Positions 12,490 to 23,057 are shown, counted from the stretch's first letter. The stretch: 53,156 nt of DNA from Microgenomates group bacterium Gr01-1014_7 (GCA_007376405.1 VMGD01000007.1:1-53156), one strand, 5' to 3'. Notes: generated by a model from the sequence alone, not told the origin. A program made the numbers and translations.

Positions 12490-13119
12490 TCAAATTTGGC
12501 CGGGCATCACAAGCATTAAGTATTCCAAAATGGCCCGGATGTTGACATTTTGCGCTGCCCATTCCTCTGCTTGCAAAAGTTCTTTGACAAAATCTTTATT
12601 AGCCGGGAGATGCTTTCTAAAAAAGATAACTAAAGCATATAAAAATTCTTTTCTATCTTTTAGTTTTTCAATATATTCAAACCGCTCCCCGGTTTCCGAA
12701 TTAATTAATTTTTCTATATCTTTTATATAATCTGACGACTGATGACTAACGACTGATGACTGAATTCTGATTATTTGGCATCTGGAAAGTACAGTTGGCA
12801 AAAATATGGCATCAGAAGGAGCTGCCAAAATTAAAATGGCATCAGGTGGAGGCTCTTCCAGAGTTTTTAAAAGTGCGTTCTGGGCTTCTAAAGTTAGCGC
12901 GGATGCGTCTTCCAAGACTATAACTCTCCCCTTAGCAGAATATGGCTTTAAAGAAAAATGCTCCTTAATTTTTCTGGCCTGTTCAATGCCAAGTTTAGAG
13001 TCGTGAGTGAAATAAAGGAGGTCAGGATGAGGGGTTGGTAGATTATGGCTCGCTAAAATTTTTCTTATCTCCTTCAGTCTTACTTCAAGATCAGGTGAAA
13101 TTAACAGTCTTGCAATCAT
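12490..13119 (-). CDS. holB: Truncated DNA polymerase III delta-prime-like protein
   Basis: HPDL, EAQNALLKTLEEPP and LPTVLSRC clamp-loader motifs; only 209 aa. Confidence 0.75.
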   Translation of the reverse strand: MIARLLISPDLEVRLKEIRKILASHNLPTPHPDLLYFTHDSKLGIEQARKIKEHFSLKPYSAKGRVIVLEDASALTLEAQNALLKTLEEPPPDAILILAAPSDAIFLPTVLSRCQIIRIQSSVVSHQSSDYIKDIEKLINSETGERFEYIEKLKDRKEFLYALVIFFRKHLPANKDFVKELLQAEEWAAQNVNIRAILEYLMLVMPGQI

Positions 13120-13144
13120 GGGAGAATTCTAACATAATGAATGT

Positions 13145-14851
13145 ATGGCTGCCCAGACTACTCAAGGTAATGCAATTGAGGATATTTTACTAGAACAAGG
13201 TTTGCTTACTCCTGATCAGGTATCTGCAATAAAGCTGGAAAGCATTAATTCCGGTCAGGCAGTTGACAGAATTCTTTTGCATCACAACATTGTGCCGATG
13301 GAAAAAATTGCCCAGGCCAAAGCCCGGATTTTAAATGTCCCATTTGTTAAACTTGAGGGGAAAGCTATCTCTACTGATGTCTTAAACCTTATTCCCGAGC
13401 CGGCTGCCCGCCGCTACCGTATTATTCCCTTTGAAAAATCCGGTGATGAACTTTGGGTGGCCATGGAAGACCCTTTGGATATCCAGATTATCCAGTTTGT
13501 GGAAAAAAGAAGCGGGATGAGGACCAAGCCCTTTTTAGCTTTAACCGATGATATTTTAAAAGCAATTGGTGATCAATATGCTCAAAACTTAACCACAGAT
13601 GTTACTTCGGCACTACGAGAAGTAGAGTCGGTACAACCCGAGCAAGTATTGGGAGTGGGTCCTGAAATTATCAGAGAAGCTCCGGTTTCCAATATAATCA
13701 ACCAGCTTTTGGAATACGCCATAAAATCCCGGGCCTCCGATATCCATATTGAACCCCAGGAGGATAGGACCAGAGTCAGATACAGAATTGACGGGATTCT
13801 GCAGGAAAAAATACTGCTGCCAAAAGGGGTGCATGAGGCTTTGGTTTCCAGAATTAAAATTTTATCTGTTTTAAAAATAGATGAAAAACGTTTACCTCAG
13901 GATGGTCGTTTTACCTTTACCTATGGACAGGCCGAGGTTGATTTGCGTGTTTCCATTATTCCGACCGTTTTTGGAGAAAAAGTGGTCTTGAGGCTTTTGC
14001 CAAAATCCAGCGCCGCCCCGACGCTTTTAGAGTTGGGTCTTAGAGGTGCATCGCTAAAGGCTTTGGAAGCACAGCTTCTTAGAACTCACGGAATTATTTT
14101 AATCTGCGGTCCTACCGGTTCCGGAAAAACCACTACTCTTTACTCTATTCTTGCCAAAATCTCAACCAGCAAAGTAAATGTAGTGACTATTGAGGATCCG
14201 GTTGAGTATCAAATACCCGGTGTTAATCAGGCACAAGTTAATCCGGGAGTGGGATTGACCTTTGCTTCAGCTTTAAGGAGCTTCCTGCGACAGGACCCTA
14301 ATATAATAATGGTAGGTGAGGTTCGTGATACCGAGACTGCCGAGCTGGCAATACAGGCAGCATTAACCGGCCACCAGGTTTTTTCAACAGTTCATACCAA
14401 CTCCGCTTCCGGCGCTCCTCCCAGGCTTTTGGACATGGGAGTTGAGCCCTTTTTACTGACTTCCGCGCTAAATTGCGCTGTGGGACAGCGGGTCGTCAGA
14501 AAAATCTGCACTTATTGCAAGGTAGAATTTAGCGCGCTGCCTGAGGTTATGGAAAACTTTAAACAGGTTTTGGGAAAATTCATGCCTCCGGCATCAGCTT
14601 CGACAAACCTCTCTAAAGGAAAGGGATGTAAGTATTGTGGTAATACAGGATACTTGGGGAGGATTGGGATATTTGAAGTTTTGGTGATAACAGATCAAAT
14701 TGCAAAGCTGGTTTTGGAACATGCCGCTTCTAATTCTATAGAGGAAGCCGCGGTCGGCGTAGGGATGATTACGATGAAGCAGGATGGATATTTGAAAGCG
14801 TTGGAAGGAGTAACAACTTTGGAGGAGGTGCTCCGGGTAGCACAGGACTAA
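13145..14851 (+). CDS. pilB: Type IV pilus assembly ATPase (PilB/GspE family)
   Basis: ASDIHIEP, RLPQDGR, GPTGSGKTTT, LRQDPNIIMVGEVRD, CxxC...CxxC. Confidence 0.93.
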   Translation: MAAQTTQGNAIEDILLEQGLLTPDQVSAIKLESINSGQAVDRILLHHNIVPMEKIAQAKARILNVPFVKLEGKAISTDVLNLIPEPAARRYRIIPFEKSGDELWVAMEDPLDIQIIQFVEKRSGMRTKPFLALTDDILKAIGDQYAQNLTTDVTSALREVESVQPEQVLGVGPEIIREAPVSNIINQLLEYAIKSRASDIHIEPQEDRTRVRYRIDGILQEKILLPKGVHEALVSRIKILSVLKIDEKRLPQDGRFTFTYGQAEVDLRVSIIPTVFGEKVVLRLLPKSSAAPTLLELGLRGASLKALEAQLLRTHGIILICGPTGSGKTTTLYSILAKISTSKVNVVTIEDPVEYQIPGVNQAQVNPGVGLTFASALRSFLRQDPNIIMVGEVRDTETAELAIQAALTGHQVFSTVHTNSASGAPPRLLDMGVEPFLLTSALNCAVGQRVVRKICTYCKVEFSALPEVMENFKQVLGKFMPPASASTNLSKGKGCKYCGNTGYLGRIGIFEVLVITDQIAKLVLEHAASNSIEEAAVGVGMITMKQDGYLKALEGVTTLEEVLRVAQD

Positions 14852-15903
14852 TGAATATACAGCAGCTATTAGATCTAACTATTGCCAGAAATGCTTCGGA
14901 TTTACACCTTTCTGTAGGATTTCCCCCTACCCTGCGGATTCATGGAGATATGATTCCGGTTATAGGTGAAGCTCCTTCGACCCCTGAACAGATTGAAAGC
15001 TTAATCCAGCCGCTCCTTTCAGATATTCAAAAACAGATTTATAAACAAAATTTTGAGCTGGATTTTTCTTTTGATTTTGAGTCCAAAGCCCGATTTAGAG
15101 TCAATATTTACCGGCAAAAAGGTTATGTTGCTGTCGCTCTAAGGCTGATTCCTTTCAGGATTCCTCCCCTTGCACAGCTCGGTCTTCCCCCGGTTGTGAG
15201 TAAACTAACAGAACTTAAACAGGGCTTTATTCTGGTAACCGGTCCAACCGGTCATGGAAAATCTACTACCCTGGCTTCTTTTATAAACAAAATTAATCAG
15301 GAGAGAGCAGTACACGTTATTACCGTAGAAGATCCGATTGAATACGTCTATCCGCCGGGCAAATCTTTGATTGAACAAAGGGAAATGTATAAAGACACCA
15401 GATCCTGGAATAATGCGCTGCGTTCGGCCCTGAGGCAGGATCCGGATGTGGTACTTGTTGGAGAAATGAGAGATTTGGAAACAATTTCATCGGCCATGAC
15501 TATAGCTGAAACAGGCCATTTGGTTTTTGCCACCCTTCATACTAACTCGGCTGCTCAGTCTGTAGACCGTATAATAGATGTTTTTCCTGAAATTCAACAA
15601 CCACAAATTAGACTTCAGCTGGCTTCAACTTTAGAGGCAATTATATCCCTGCGACTTATTCCGACAGTACAACCCGGCAGGACTCTGGCCGCAGAGCTTT
15701 TATTTGCCACTCCTGCTGTTAGGAATGTTATCAGGGAGGGAAAATCTTACCTTACAGACAACATAATTGAAACTTCTGCTGAGCAGGGTATGCAAATTCT
15801 TGAGCGCTCTTTGGCCGGTCTGGTTAAGACAGGAAAGGTATCGGAGGAGGTAGCCTCAAGGTATGCTTTGCGACCTGAGCTTTTAGCTAAGTTACTTAGG
15901 TAA
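14851..15903 (+). CDS. pilT: Type IV pilus retraction ATPase
   Basis: ASDLHL, GPTGHGKSTT, ALRQDPDVVLVGEMRD, AETGHLVFATLHT, AVRNVIRE. Confidence 0.93.
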   Translation: MNIQQLLDLTIARNASDLHLSVGFPPTLRIHGDMIPVIGEAPSTPEQIESLIQPLLSDIQKQIYKQNFELDFSFDFESKARFRVNIYRQKGYVAVALRLIPFRIPPLAQLGLPPVVSKLTELKQGFILVTGPTGHGKSTTLASFINKINQERAVHVITVEDPIEYVYPPGKSLIEQREMYKDTRSWNNALRSALRQDPDVVLVGEMRDLETISSAMTIAETGHLVFATLHTNSAAQSVDRIIDVFPEIQQPQIRLQLASTLEAIISLRLIPTVQPGRTLAAELLFATPAVRNVIREGKSYLTDNIIETSAEQGMQILERSLAGLVKTGKVSEEVASRYALRPELLAKLLR

Positions 15904-15922
15904 CTTAAGTCACTTAAAAATT

Positions 15923-17125
15923 ATGGCCGAGTTTCTCTATAAAGCTAAAGATAATAAAGGAGAAGATCATGCCGGATCTGTTCAGTCTACCGATGTCCAT
16001 CAAGCGGCCTCGGCTCTCCGCAGGCGGGGGTTAATTGTTATCACGTTAAAACTTAAAGAATCGACAGGTAACAGGTTTTTAGGACGACTATTCAATAGGG
16101 TCAATTTTTCCGAATTAGTTATACTCACAAGACAATTGGCCACCATGGTTTCATCGGGCCTGGTTTTATCCGATGCCATAGATATTTTGTATGAGCAAGA
16201 AACAAATAAAACCTTAAAAAAAGCCCTGGAAGAAATTTCACAGGATATAAGGGGGGGGTTAACTTTGGCTCAGGCTTTGGGAAAGCATCCAAACATTTTC
16301 CCCAGGCTTTATGTGAACCTGGTTAAAGCTGGTGAGGCTTCGGGAAAGCTGGATCAGGTACTTCTGCAAATGGCCGACGGCCTGGAAAAACAAAGAGAAT
16401 TTCAGGCAAAAATCAAGGGAGCAATGATATATCCGGCAGTAGTTTTGGGAATGATGGTGGTAGTTATTATTATAATGATGGTGTTTGTCATACCAAAATT
16501 GATTACGCTTTACCAGCAATCAACCATTGAGCTTCCGCTTCCAACTAAGATTTTGATTGCGACTTCCAATCTTTTTGTCCAATTTTGGTGGCTGGGACTT
16601 ACTTTACTGATTGTAATAATCATTGCTTTCAACAGGTGGAATAAAACGGAGGAAGGCAGATTTTTTATAGGTAAGATGCTTTTGAGAATGCCTTTGGCCG
16701 GCAAAATCATTATCAGCGTGACTTTAACCAATTTTAACAGAACTTTTGGGCTGTTAACATCTGCAGGTATCCCCCTTTTGGAATCCATAGGAATAGTTTC
16801 CGATCTGACAGACAATCCGGTTTTTAAAAAATCGCTAAAAGAAGCTTATGATGGGGTTGAAAGAGGTTTGCCCTTTTCTTCTCTTCTGACGGCTGCCGTT
16901 TTCCCCAAAATAGTCGGACAAATGGTTAATGTTGGGGAGCAAACCGGTAAGGTGGACGAGATTTTTTTTAAACTTGCTGACTACTTTGAGTCGGAATCGG
17001 ATCATATGATTAAAAACTTAACAGTGGCTATTGAGCCAATAGTATTGATTATTCTGGGTGTGGGTGTAGCTTTTCTGGTTATTTCAATTATCCTACCTAT
17101 ATACAAGTTAACTACCTCATTCTGA
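15923..17125 (+). CDS. pilC: Type IV pilus platform protein (PilC/GspF family)
   Basis: RQLATMVSSG, GEASGKLD, AMIYP, GEQTGKVD, IEP, ILPIY. Confidence 0.93.
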   Translation: MAEFLYKAKDNKGEDHAGSVQSTDVHQAASALRRRGLIVITLKLKESTGNRFLGRLFNRVNFSELVILTRQLATMVSSGLVLSDAIDILYEQETNKTLKKALEEISQDIRGGLTLAQALGKHPNIFPRLYVNLVKAGEASGKLDQVLLQMADGLEKQREFQAKIKGAMIYPAVVLGMMVVVIIIMMVFVIPKLITLYQQSTIELPLPTKILIATSNLFVQFWWLGLTLLIVIIIAFNRWNKTEEGRFFIGKMLLRMPLAGKIIISVTLTNFNRTFGLLTSAGIPLLESIGIVSDLTDNPVFKKSLKEAYDGVERGLPFSSLLTAAVFPKIVGQMVNVGEQTGKVDEIFFKLADYFESESDHMIKNLTVAIEPIVLIILGVGVAFLVISIILPIYKLTTSF

Positions 17126-17204
17126 GGACTTGACTAAATAGATAATAGTATGACTACAATAAGTTATTAGACAAAATTTAATTTTTGAGAGGGGGTGAAT
17201 ATTT

Positions 17205-17741
17205 TTGAAAAAATCTGCCCATGGGTTCACTTTAGTTGAACTTTTGGTTGTTATTGCAATTATTGCCATATTGGCAGCAGTGGTTGTTTTAATCATTAAT
17301 CCGCTGGAGCTGACAAGACGAGGTAGGGACGCGGCCAGACTTTCTGATTTGGCAAATCTTCAAAATGCCATCAATGTTGCTGTACAGGAAGCAACAGGTT
17401 CGGGTGCTGTAGCAGTGCTTTGTAAGCAGTCAGGTAGCTATCCTTGTGAAGGATCTTCAAACGTAGGTACCAGAGTATCAGACGGTACGGGTTGGGTAAA
17501 GACAGATATGTCTGCTGCGAAGAGCGTTTCTGTTTCCACTCTTCCGGTTGATCCTGTTAACGATACGACCCTTCATTATAAGTATTGCGCGAATAACGAT
17601 GCCTGGGAAATAGATACCAAATTGGAATCTTCTCAACAGAGTGGAAAAATGACCGGAGATGGTGGAAATGATACTACTGTGTATGAGGTGGGATCTAATT
17701 TGAGTTTGATTGCTACTTCCGGTGGATCATGTACATATTAG
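17205..17741 (+). CDS. Type IV pilin, probable major pilin
   Basis: G|FTLVELLVVIAII motif, RDAARLSDL, strong SD GGGGGTGA upstream of a TTG start. Confidence 0.88.
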   Translation: MKKSAHGFTLVELLVVIAIIAILAAVVVLIINPLELTRRGRDAARLSDLANLQNAINVAVQEATGSGAVAVLCKQSGSYPCEGSSNVGTRVSDGTGWVKTDMSAAKSVSVSTLPVDPVNDTTLHYKYCANNDAWEIDTKLESSQQSGKMTGDGGNDTTVYEVGSNLSLIATSGGSCTY

Positions 17742-18643
17742 GTTTGGGATTTATCGTGGGTACGGCTTTAGGCAGCTTTGCTAAGGCAATAGCCGACCGA
17801 AGTCTTACCAACAGGTCTTTTTGGGGAAGGTCGTGCTGCGAGGGGTGTAAAAAAAACCTGCCCTGGTACGACCTTCTTCCGGTTTTTTCCTTTTTTCTTC
17901 TTCATGGGAAATGCAGGTATTGCCGGAAAGGCATAGGCATAGAATATCTTCTGGTTGAGGTAGTAATGGGAGTTTTGATTGGTTATCTTTTTAACCAGCA
18001 GGTTTCTAATTTTCAATTTTCAATTTTTAATTTTAAATTTCTCATTTTTATTATTGACCTACTTTTTAAAACATTCTTTATTACAGTTTTAGTTGCGCTT
18101 TTTTTGACCGATATCAAAAAAATGCTTATACCGGATCGGGTGGTATTGCCTGCAATCGTCATAAGTATAGTTTTTATAATTTTCATAACCGTTATGAAAA
18201 TTACATTTTTATATTTTTCATTAAATCAAACCCGCATTGGCCAATTACTTCTTCCTCCACATAGTGATTATTTTCAGAGGCATGCTTTAATGATAGCAGA
18301 GCCGCTTTTTTTGGGAATACTCATGGGAGTGTTAATTGGCGGATTCTTTATGGCTTTAATTATTATTACAAGAGGGAAGGGTATGGGAGGTGGAGATGTT
18401 AAGCTGGGGGCATTAATGGGTCTTGTCCTGGGTTTCCCAAATTCTATATTGGCACTGATGGTTGCCTTTTTGTCGGGGGCTATCATATCTTTAATTCTGA
18501 TTTTTGGCGGGAAGAAGCATCTAAAATCCGCCATCCCATTCGGACCCTTTTTAGTGTTTGGTAGCCTGGTTGCCCTGTTTTTTGGAAAAGAAATTTTTAA
18601 CAGGTATCTCGGACTTGACATCGGAGGAAATTTATTCAAATAA
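17729..18643 (+). CDS. pilD: Prepilin peptidase (A24 family)
   Basis: RSCCEGC...CRYC Zn motifs, LTD and MGGGDVKL aspartates, IPFGPFL. Confidence 0.93.
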   Translation: MYILGLGFIVGTALGSFAKAIADRSLTNRSFWGRSCCEGCKKNLPWYDLLPVFSFFLLHGKCRYCRKGIGIEYLLVEVVMGVLIGYLFNQQVSNFQFSIFNFKFLIFIIDLLFKTFFITVLVALFLTDIKKMLIPDRVVLPAIVISIVFIIFITVMKITFLYFSLNQTRIGQLLLPPHSDYFQRHALMIAEPLFLGILMGVLIGGFFMALIIITRGKGMGGGDVKLGALMGLVLGFPNSILALMVAFLSGAIISLILIFGGKKHLKSAIPFGPFLVFGSLVALFFGKEIFNRYLGLDIGGNLFK

Positions 18644-18652
18644 TAAGTCAAG

Positions 18653-19138
18653 GTGAAAAAATCTGCTCTGAGTAAACGTTGTGAATCGAAGGGTTTTACC
18701 TTGGTTGAACTTCTCGTAGTTATTACTGTTATTGCAATACTTTCCGCCATCGGACTGGCTGTTTTCAATGGGGTTCAACCCAGAGCAAGGAATGACGCAA
18801 GAAAAGCGGACTTAGATTCTATCAGTAAAGCTCTGGAGGTTAATAAAACCAATAGTAGTTATGTAGCTTTAGCAGATAGTCAATTCGCGACAGGTAAAAT
18901 ACCATTGAAAGATCCTCAGGGTTTGGTCTATTGTGGAAATGTCACAGTCAATAGTACACCATCAGATATAACAGCTGCGCCAACTGCTTCAGTCTGTACA
19001 TCATCCGCCGACTATAGTCCAATTAGTACTACTGTTCCAGTTCTCGCAGCAGGGGCAACATCCTGGAAAATTTGTACCTGGTTGGAAGCTGAGGGAGGAA
19101 ATCCCGCAGGGGCTTATTGTATTAAGAGCGCCCAATAA
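18653..19138 (+). CDS. Type IV pilin-like protein
   Basis: G|FTLVELLVVI; ARNDARKADL. Confidence 0.88.
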   Translation: MKKSALSKRCESKGFTLVELLVVITVIAILSAIGLAVFNGVQPRARNDARKADLDSISKALEVNKTNSSYVALADSQFATGKIPLKDPQGLVYCGNVTVNSTPSDITAAPTASVCTSSADYSPISTTVPVLAAGATSWKICTWLEAEGGNPAGAYCIKSAQ

Positions 19139-19142
19139 CACT

Positions 19143-19631
19143 ATGAAAAAATTACTGCCCAATAAACGCGGGTTTACCCTGGTTGAACTTTTGGTAGTCG
19201 TTTCAATAATTGCTGTTTTATCGGCAATTGGTCTGGCTATATTTGGAAATACACAAAAAGCTGCTAGAGATGCCAGAAGAAGGGATGATATAAATTCTAT
19301 TGCTCAAGCTATGGAGATAAATTATGGTAAAACAACCGGGGGTCAATATGATCCCCTTGCAGCAGCAATGTTTTCATCAGGGACTGTACCAAGAGATCCG
19401 ATTAGCACAAGCGCTACACCGGATAGCGCCTGTCCGGGTGTGTGTCAATATTGTGTCAGACAAGGATCAGGCACTCAAGCAGGAGCTGTTTGTACTCAGG
19501 CAGTTACAGACATAGCAGCTCCAAATATGCCATTAGGAGGGGCATCCAATCCAAACTGGATAGTATGCGCTAATTTAGAAGCTCCCAAAGTAGGTGATCC
19601 TACATTTTACTGTCGTAAGAATCAACAATAA
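19143..19631 (+). CDS. Type IV pilin-like protein
   Basis: G|FTLVELLVVV; ARDARRRDDI. Confidence 0.88.
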   Translation: MKKLLPNKRGFTLVELLVVVSIIAVLSAIGLAIFGNTQKAARDARRRDDINSIAQAMEINYGKTTGGQYDPLAAAMFSSGTVPRDPISTSATPDSACPGVCQYCVRQGSGTQAGAVCTQAVTDIAAPNMPLGGASNPNWIVCANLEAPKVGDPTFYCRKNQQ

Positions 19632-20083
19632 TGAATTCCCGGGGATTCACTCTTATTGAACTAATGATAGTTGTTACTATCATTGCTATTTTATCTTCAG
19701 TTGGCATAGTTTATTACGGCAATTTCTTAAAAAATTCAAGGGACGCCAAAAGACAATCGGACTTAAAGTTTATTCAGTCAGCCCTGGAAGAATATCATGC
19801 GGATGCTCTTCACTATCCCCCTTCAGGCGATGTTATTCCAGGTGGTCAGCTATCATATGGTCCTTCTGGTTCTGCTAAAATCTACCTCAATCAAATCCCG
19901 GTCGATCCGCTTCGCATACCTCCTTATTTATACAGACCATCCGGCACAGGTTGTGATTCAGTTTCTCAAAACTGTACCAATTATTGTCTATATGCAAAAA
20001 TGGAAGGAACGAATCCTTCACATGGTGATTCGGCTTGCAACCCCCCGCCCGAAGGATACAACTATGGAGTGACAAGACCATAA
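19631..20083 (+). CDS. Type IV pilin / GspG-like protein
   Basis: G|FTLIELMIVV; SRDAKRQSDL...ALEEY...YP; YLNQIPVDP. Confidence 0.88.
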   Translation: MNSRGFTLIELMIVVTIIAILSSVGIVYYGNFLKNSRDAKRQSDLKFIQSALEEYHADALHYPPSGDVIPGGQLSYGPSGSAKIYLNQIPVDPLRIPPYLYRPSGTGCDSVSQNCTNYCLYAKMEGTNPSHGDSACNPPPEGYNYGVTRP

Positions 20084-20104
20084 GATTTATGCTACGTTTA
20101 ATGT

Positions 20105-20617
20105 ATGCGGGGCTACACTCTGATTGAACTTCTGATTGTAATGTTAATAATGTCCATTATTGGAGTAACAGGGTATGTAAATTATAAGGATTATGCAATA
20201 AGGAAGGAAACAGAAAAAGCTCTGGGTCAAATTCAAACAATTTTAAGATTGGCCCAAACCAATGCCACAACATCCACAGTGTGTAACGGTTTGGGTGGAG
20301 CTTCATGGTCGGTGCAGTTTGAAACCGATCAAAAGACAATCACGCTTGTTTGCGGTCCAGCAAACTCTTCACAGAAAACCTATTCTCTTGAAAACGTCAA
20401 AATCTCATCCATTGCAGGTAGTGGATGTCAGGAGATTGGTTTTAGCTCACCTGTAATTATAACCTATTCATCCGGGCAGGGTGCATTGACAATTTCACCA
20501 TCTGAAAATTGTTTACAAAATGCCAGCACGATCAGGTTTACAGTCGAAAATACTAAAGATAGCAATGTTACTAAAGTTTTTAATCTTTCAAAGGGGGGAG
20601 CTGTAAATGCACAGTAA
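20105..20617 (+). CDS. Minor pilin (FimU/GspH-like)
   Basis: G|YTLIELLIVM; ILRLAQTNA. Confidence 0.82.
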   Translation: MRGYTLIELLIVMLIMSIIGVTGYVNYKDYAIRKETEKALGQIQTILRLAQTNATTSTVCNGLGGASWSVQFETDQKTITLVCGPANSSQKTYSLENVKISSIAGSGCQEIGFSSPVIITYSSGQGALTISPSENCLQNASTIRFTVENTKDSNVTKVFNLSKGGAVNAQ

Positions 20618-21095
20618 CCAAAAAGGACAGACTCTCTTAGAATTAATTGTAGTAATGTCTGTAGCAGTAATGGTAGTGGGAGCTTTGGTTTTTGCAACAA
20701 TATCATCTTTGCGAAATGCCCAGTTTGCCAAGAATCAAGCTCAGGCTACCAAGCTGGCACAAGATGGATTGGAAAAAGTCAGAAGTTTACGGGATAGGGA
20801 TACAGAAGGATCTGTCTCTTATCAAAGTACAACCAGCAAATTTAGTGATCTTTGGCCTATTCCGTTCACTTGCGGTGCCGGCGGAAATTGTTATTTCCAT
20901 TTTAATAGCAGCGAGACGATTTTTATTGGTGAGAATTCTTCCCAATCGATACCCCCTTTTCAAAGGCAATTTTTAATAGAAGATGAAAACGGCTCCGGCA
21001 TGACTCAAAAGCGAGTTACCTCCGTAGTAAAATGGACTGATTTTTCAGGGACCCATGAATCAAGACTGACAACTATTTTAAGGAGAATACAATGA
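20607..21095 (+). CDS. Minor pilin (PilV-like)
   Basis: G|QTLLELIVVM; ATKLAQDGLEKVR; KRVTSVVKW. Confidence 0.8.
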   Translation: MHSNQKGQTLLELIVVMSVAVMVVGALVFATISSLRNAQFAKNQAQATKLAQDGLEKVRSLRDRDTEGSVSYQSTTSKFSDLWPIPFTCGAGGNCYFHFNSSETIFIGENSSQSIPPFQRQFLIEDENGSGMTQKRVTSVVKWTDFSGTHESRLTTILRRIQ

Positions 21096-21730
21096 AACAA
21101 AAAGGCTTAACCTTGATAGAACTGTTGGTGGTGATGGCGGTTTTGGCAATTGCCGGGACGTTTATTTTCAATATTTTTACCTCAACTTTGCGTGGCAGCA
21201 ATAAAACTCAAATACTCGGTGTAATCAAGCAAAACGGTCAGGCAGTTCTGGAAACTATGGATAAAACAATCAGGAACTCTGATAATGTGGTCTGTCCCTT
21301 TTTTCTTTCCCCCACCGACATAACCTCTTCTTCAAATACTTTAGTGACGGTTAAAAACGGTATTTATACCCGGTACAGATTTTTCCCTCCGGAACAAGAA
21401 GCTAATGGCCTGATTAAGCAGGATAATCCTGTTAAACAAAATGTCGGAGAGACTACAATAGAAGAGACTGATCCTCAGTTTGTTGACAGAATCTGTAATG
21501 TTAGTTCTTTGTTAAGTAATGCAGTGTTTTTGACTGATACAAATCCCCAGACAGGAGTTTCCATTTCAATCCAAAGCGGACAGAGTGGTATTTTTACTAG
21601 GAACAGATCGTCCGGATTTAAAGATAAGGTAACAATTAAATTCACAGTAAAGCCAGGGGTGGGAGTATCCATCTCAGTATCAGGTCAAATAGATCCGGTT
21701 CTATTTCAAACAACTATAAATTTAAGATGA
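21092..21730 (+). CDS. Minor pilin (PilW-like)
   Basis: G|LTLIELLVVM; LETMDKTIRN; C-terminal TTINLR. Confidence 0.8.
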   Translation: MKQKGLTLIELLVVMAVLAIAGTFIFNIFTSTLRGSNKTQILGVIKQNGQAVLETMDKTIRNSDNVVCPFFLSPTDITSSSNTLVTVKNGIYTRYRFFPPEQEANGLIKQDNPVKQNVGETTIEETDPQFVDRICNVSSLLSNAVFLTDTNPQTGVSISIQSGQSGIFTRNRSSGFKDKVTIKFTVKPGVGVSISVSGQIDPVLFQTTINLR

Positions 21731-22662
21731 AACACTTCGACGCAGTTTATCCCGAGCGAAGTCGAGGGACTCAGTGTAAACAAAAAGGACAAATTATTCT
21801 GATCTTAATAATGGTTATGACTGTGGCTTTGGGGATTGGGCTTTCTATTGTCCAAAAAAGCCTGGTGGATATTTCCACTGCTTCTAAAGTGGAACAATCA
21901 TCCCGGGCCTTTTCCGCTGCAGAGGCAGGAGTGGAAAAGGCATTACAAGAAAATACTAATTGTCAGAACTGTAAAGATTTTACCGATAATAGTTCCAGCA
22001 TAAAGGAGATTACAGGTACAGATTTAATTCCTCCTGCTGCAACTGCCGGCAACCGGCAGGTTGCTTTAGAATTTCCTCCTTTGGCCAAAGAAGATGTTGT
22101 TCAAGTTTGGTTGGCTGATTATACTTCTTCGTCCAATCCTCCTCAAACTTATTATAACCAAAACCGTCTGGACGTTTATTGGGGAGCAACCGGGATTATT
22201 GATCCGGATAACAAACCCGCTATCGAAATAAAAGTAATTTATTTTGATGGCAGTTATCAGGTTAAACCTTTTTATCTAGACTCAAATAGTTCAAGAGTAG
22301 CTTCTAATGGATTTACTAATGCCTCTGGAGACTGCACTTCGCCTACTATAACTACTACTTCCGGGAGCAATAGACAATTCTTTTGCAGATCATCTCTTTC
22401 TGGTTTAACTCTTCCCTTAATGTTAATACGGGTTCGACTGCTTTATAGTTCTATCAGCCAACCTTTGGCAGTACAAGCAGGCGTAACTTGTCCAACGGAG
22501 CCTTGTGCAGCGTATTCCCTTCCTGCTCAAGCAAAGGAAATTATCTCAACGGGAGTATCTGGTGAAACACAAAGGAAAGTCAAAGTTTTCCTACTCAACA
22601 AAGTAGTGCCTCCCTTTTTTGATTATGCAATTTTCTCGGCAGGAGAGATTAATAAGCAATGA
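21727..22662 (+). CDS. Minor pilin (PilX-like)
   Basis: G|QIILILIMV without Glu5; RAFSAAEAGVEKAL. Confidence 0.78.
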   Translation: MKHFDAVYPERSRGTQCKQKGQIILILIMVMTVALGIGLSIVQKSLVDISTASKVEQSSRAFSAAEAGVEKALQENTNCQNCKDFTDNSSSIKEITGTDLIPPAATAGNRQVALEFPPLAKEDVVQVWLADYTSSSNPPQTYYNQNRLDVYWGATGIIDPDNKPAIEIKVIYFDGSYQVKPFYLDSNSSRVASNGFTNASGDCTSPTITTTSGSNRQFFCRSSLSGLTLPLMLIRVRLLYSSISQPLAVQAGVTCPTEPCAAYSLPAQAKEIISTGVSGETQRKVKVFLLNKVVPPFFDYAIFSAGEINKQ

Positions 22663-23057
22663 AAGAGCGCGGTGTTTCTTTAATCGAATCGCTTATGGTG
22701 ATTGTGGCAGTTGCCGTGATAATTTTCTTAATAGCAAATATACCCAACGCGATAAGTCTGATGACCAAAAGTAACCACCTAAGCTTGGCCAGAGAAATTG
22801 CTCTAAAACAGCTGGAAGATAAAAGGACCACCAGTTATATTAATTTGGTTAACGGTACAACCGCAATTGCCGATAGCAGATTTGGTCTTCTCCCCCAGGG
22901 AGCAGGGACAGTTATTGTTTCAGATTGTGATCCTCTGGTTTGTACAAACGGCGAGCAGGTCAAAAAGATTACGGTTGCTGTTTCCTGGAAAGACAATAAC
23001 AAAACGCAGGACTTTAAAATAGATACTTTTATTGGAGAAGGAGGGCTAAATCAGTGA
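22659..23057 (+). CDS. Minor pilin (second PilV-like)
   Basis: G|VSLIESLMV; AREIALKQLE; KKITVAVSW. Confidence 0.78.
   Translation: MKERGVSLIESLMVIVAVAVIIFLIANIPNAISLMTKSNHLSLAREIALKQLEDKRTTSYINLVNGTTAIADSRFGLLPQGAGTVIVSDCDPLVCTNGEQVKKITVAVSWKDNNKTQDFKIDTFIGEGGLNQ

Noticed and set aside
17130-17160. TTGACT...TACAAT promoter before the major pilin
   Set aside because: The 19-nt spacer is off-consensus in very AT-rich DNA; plausible but not supportable.
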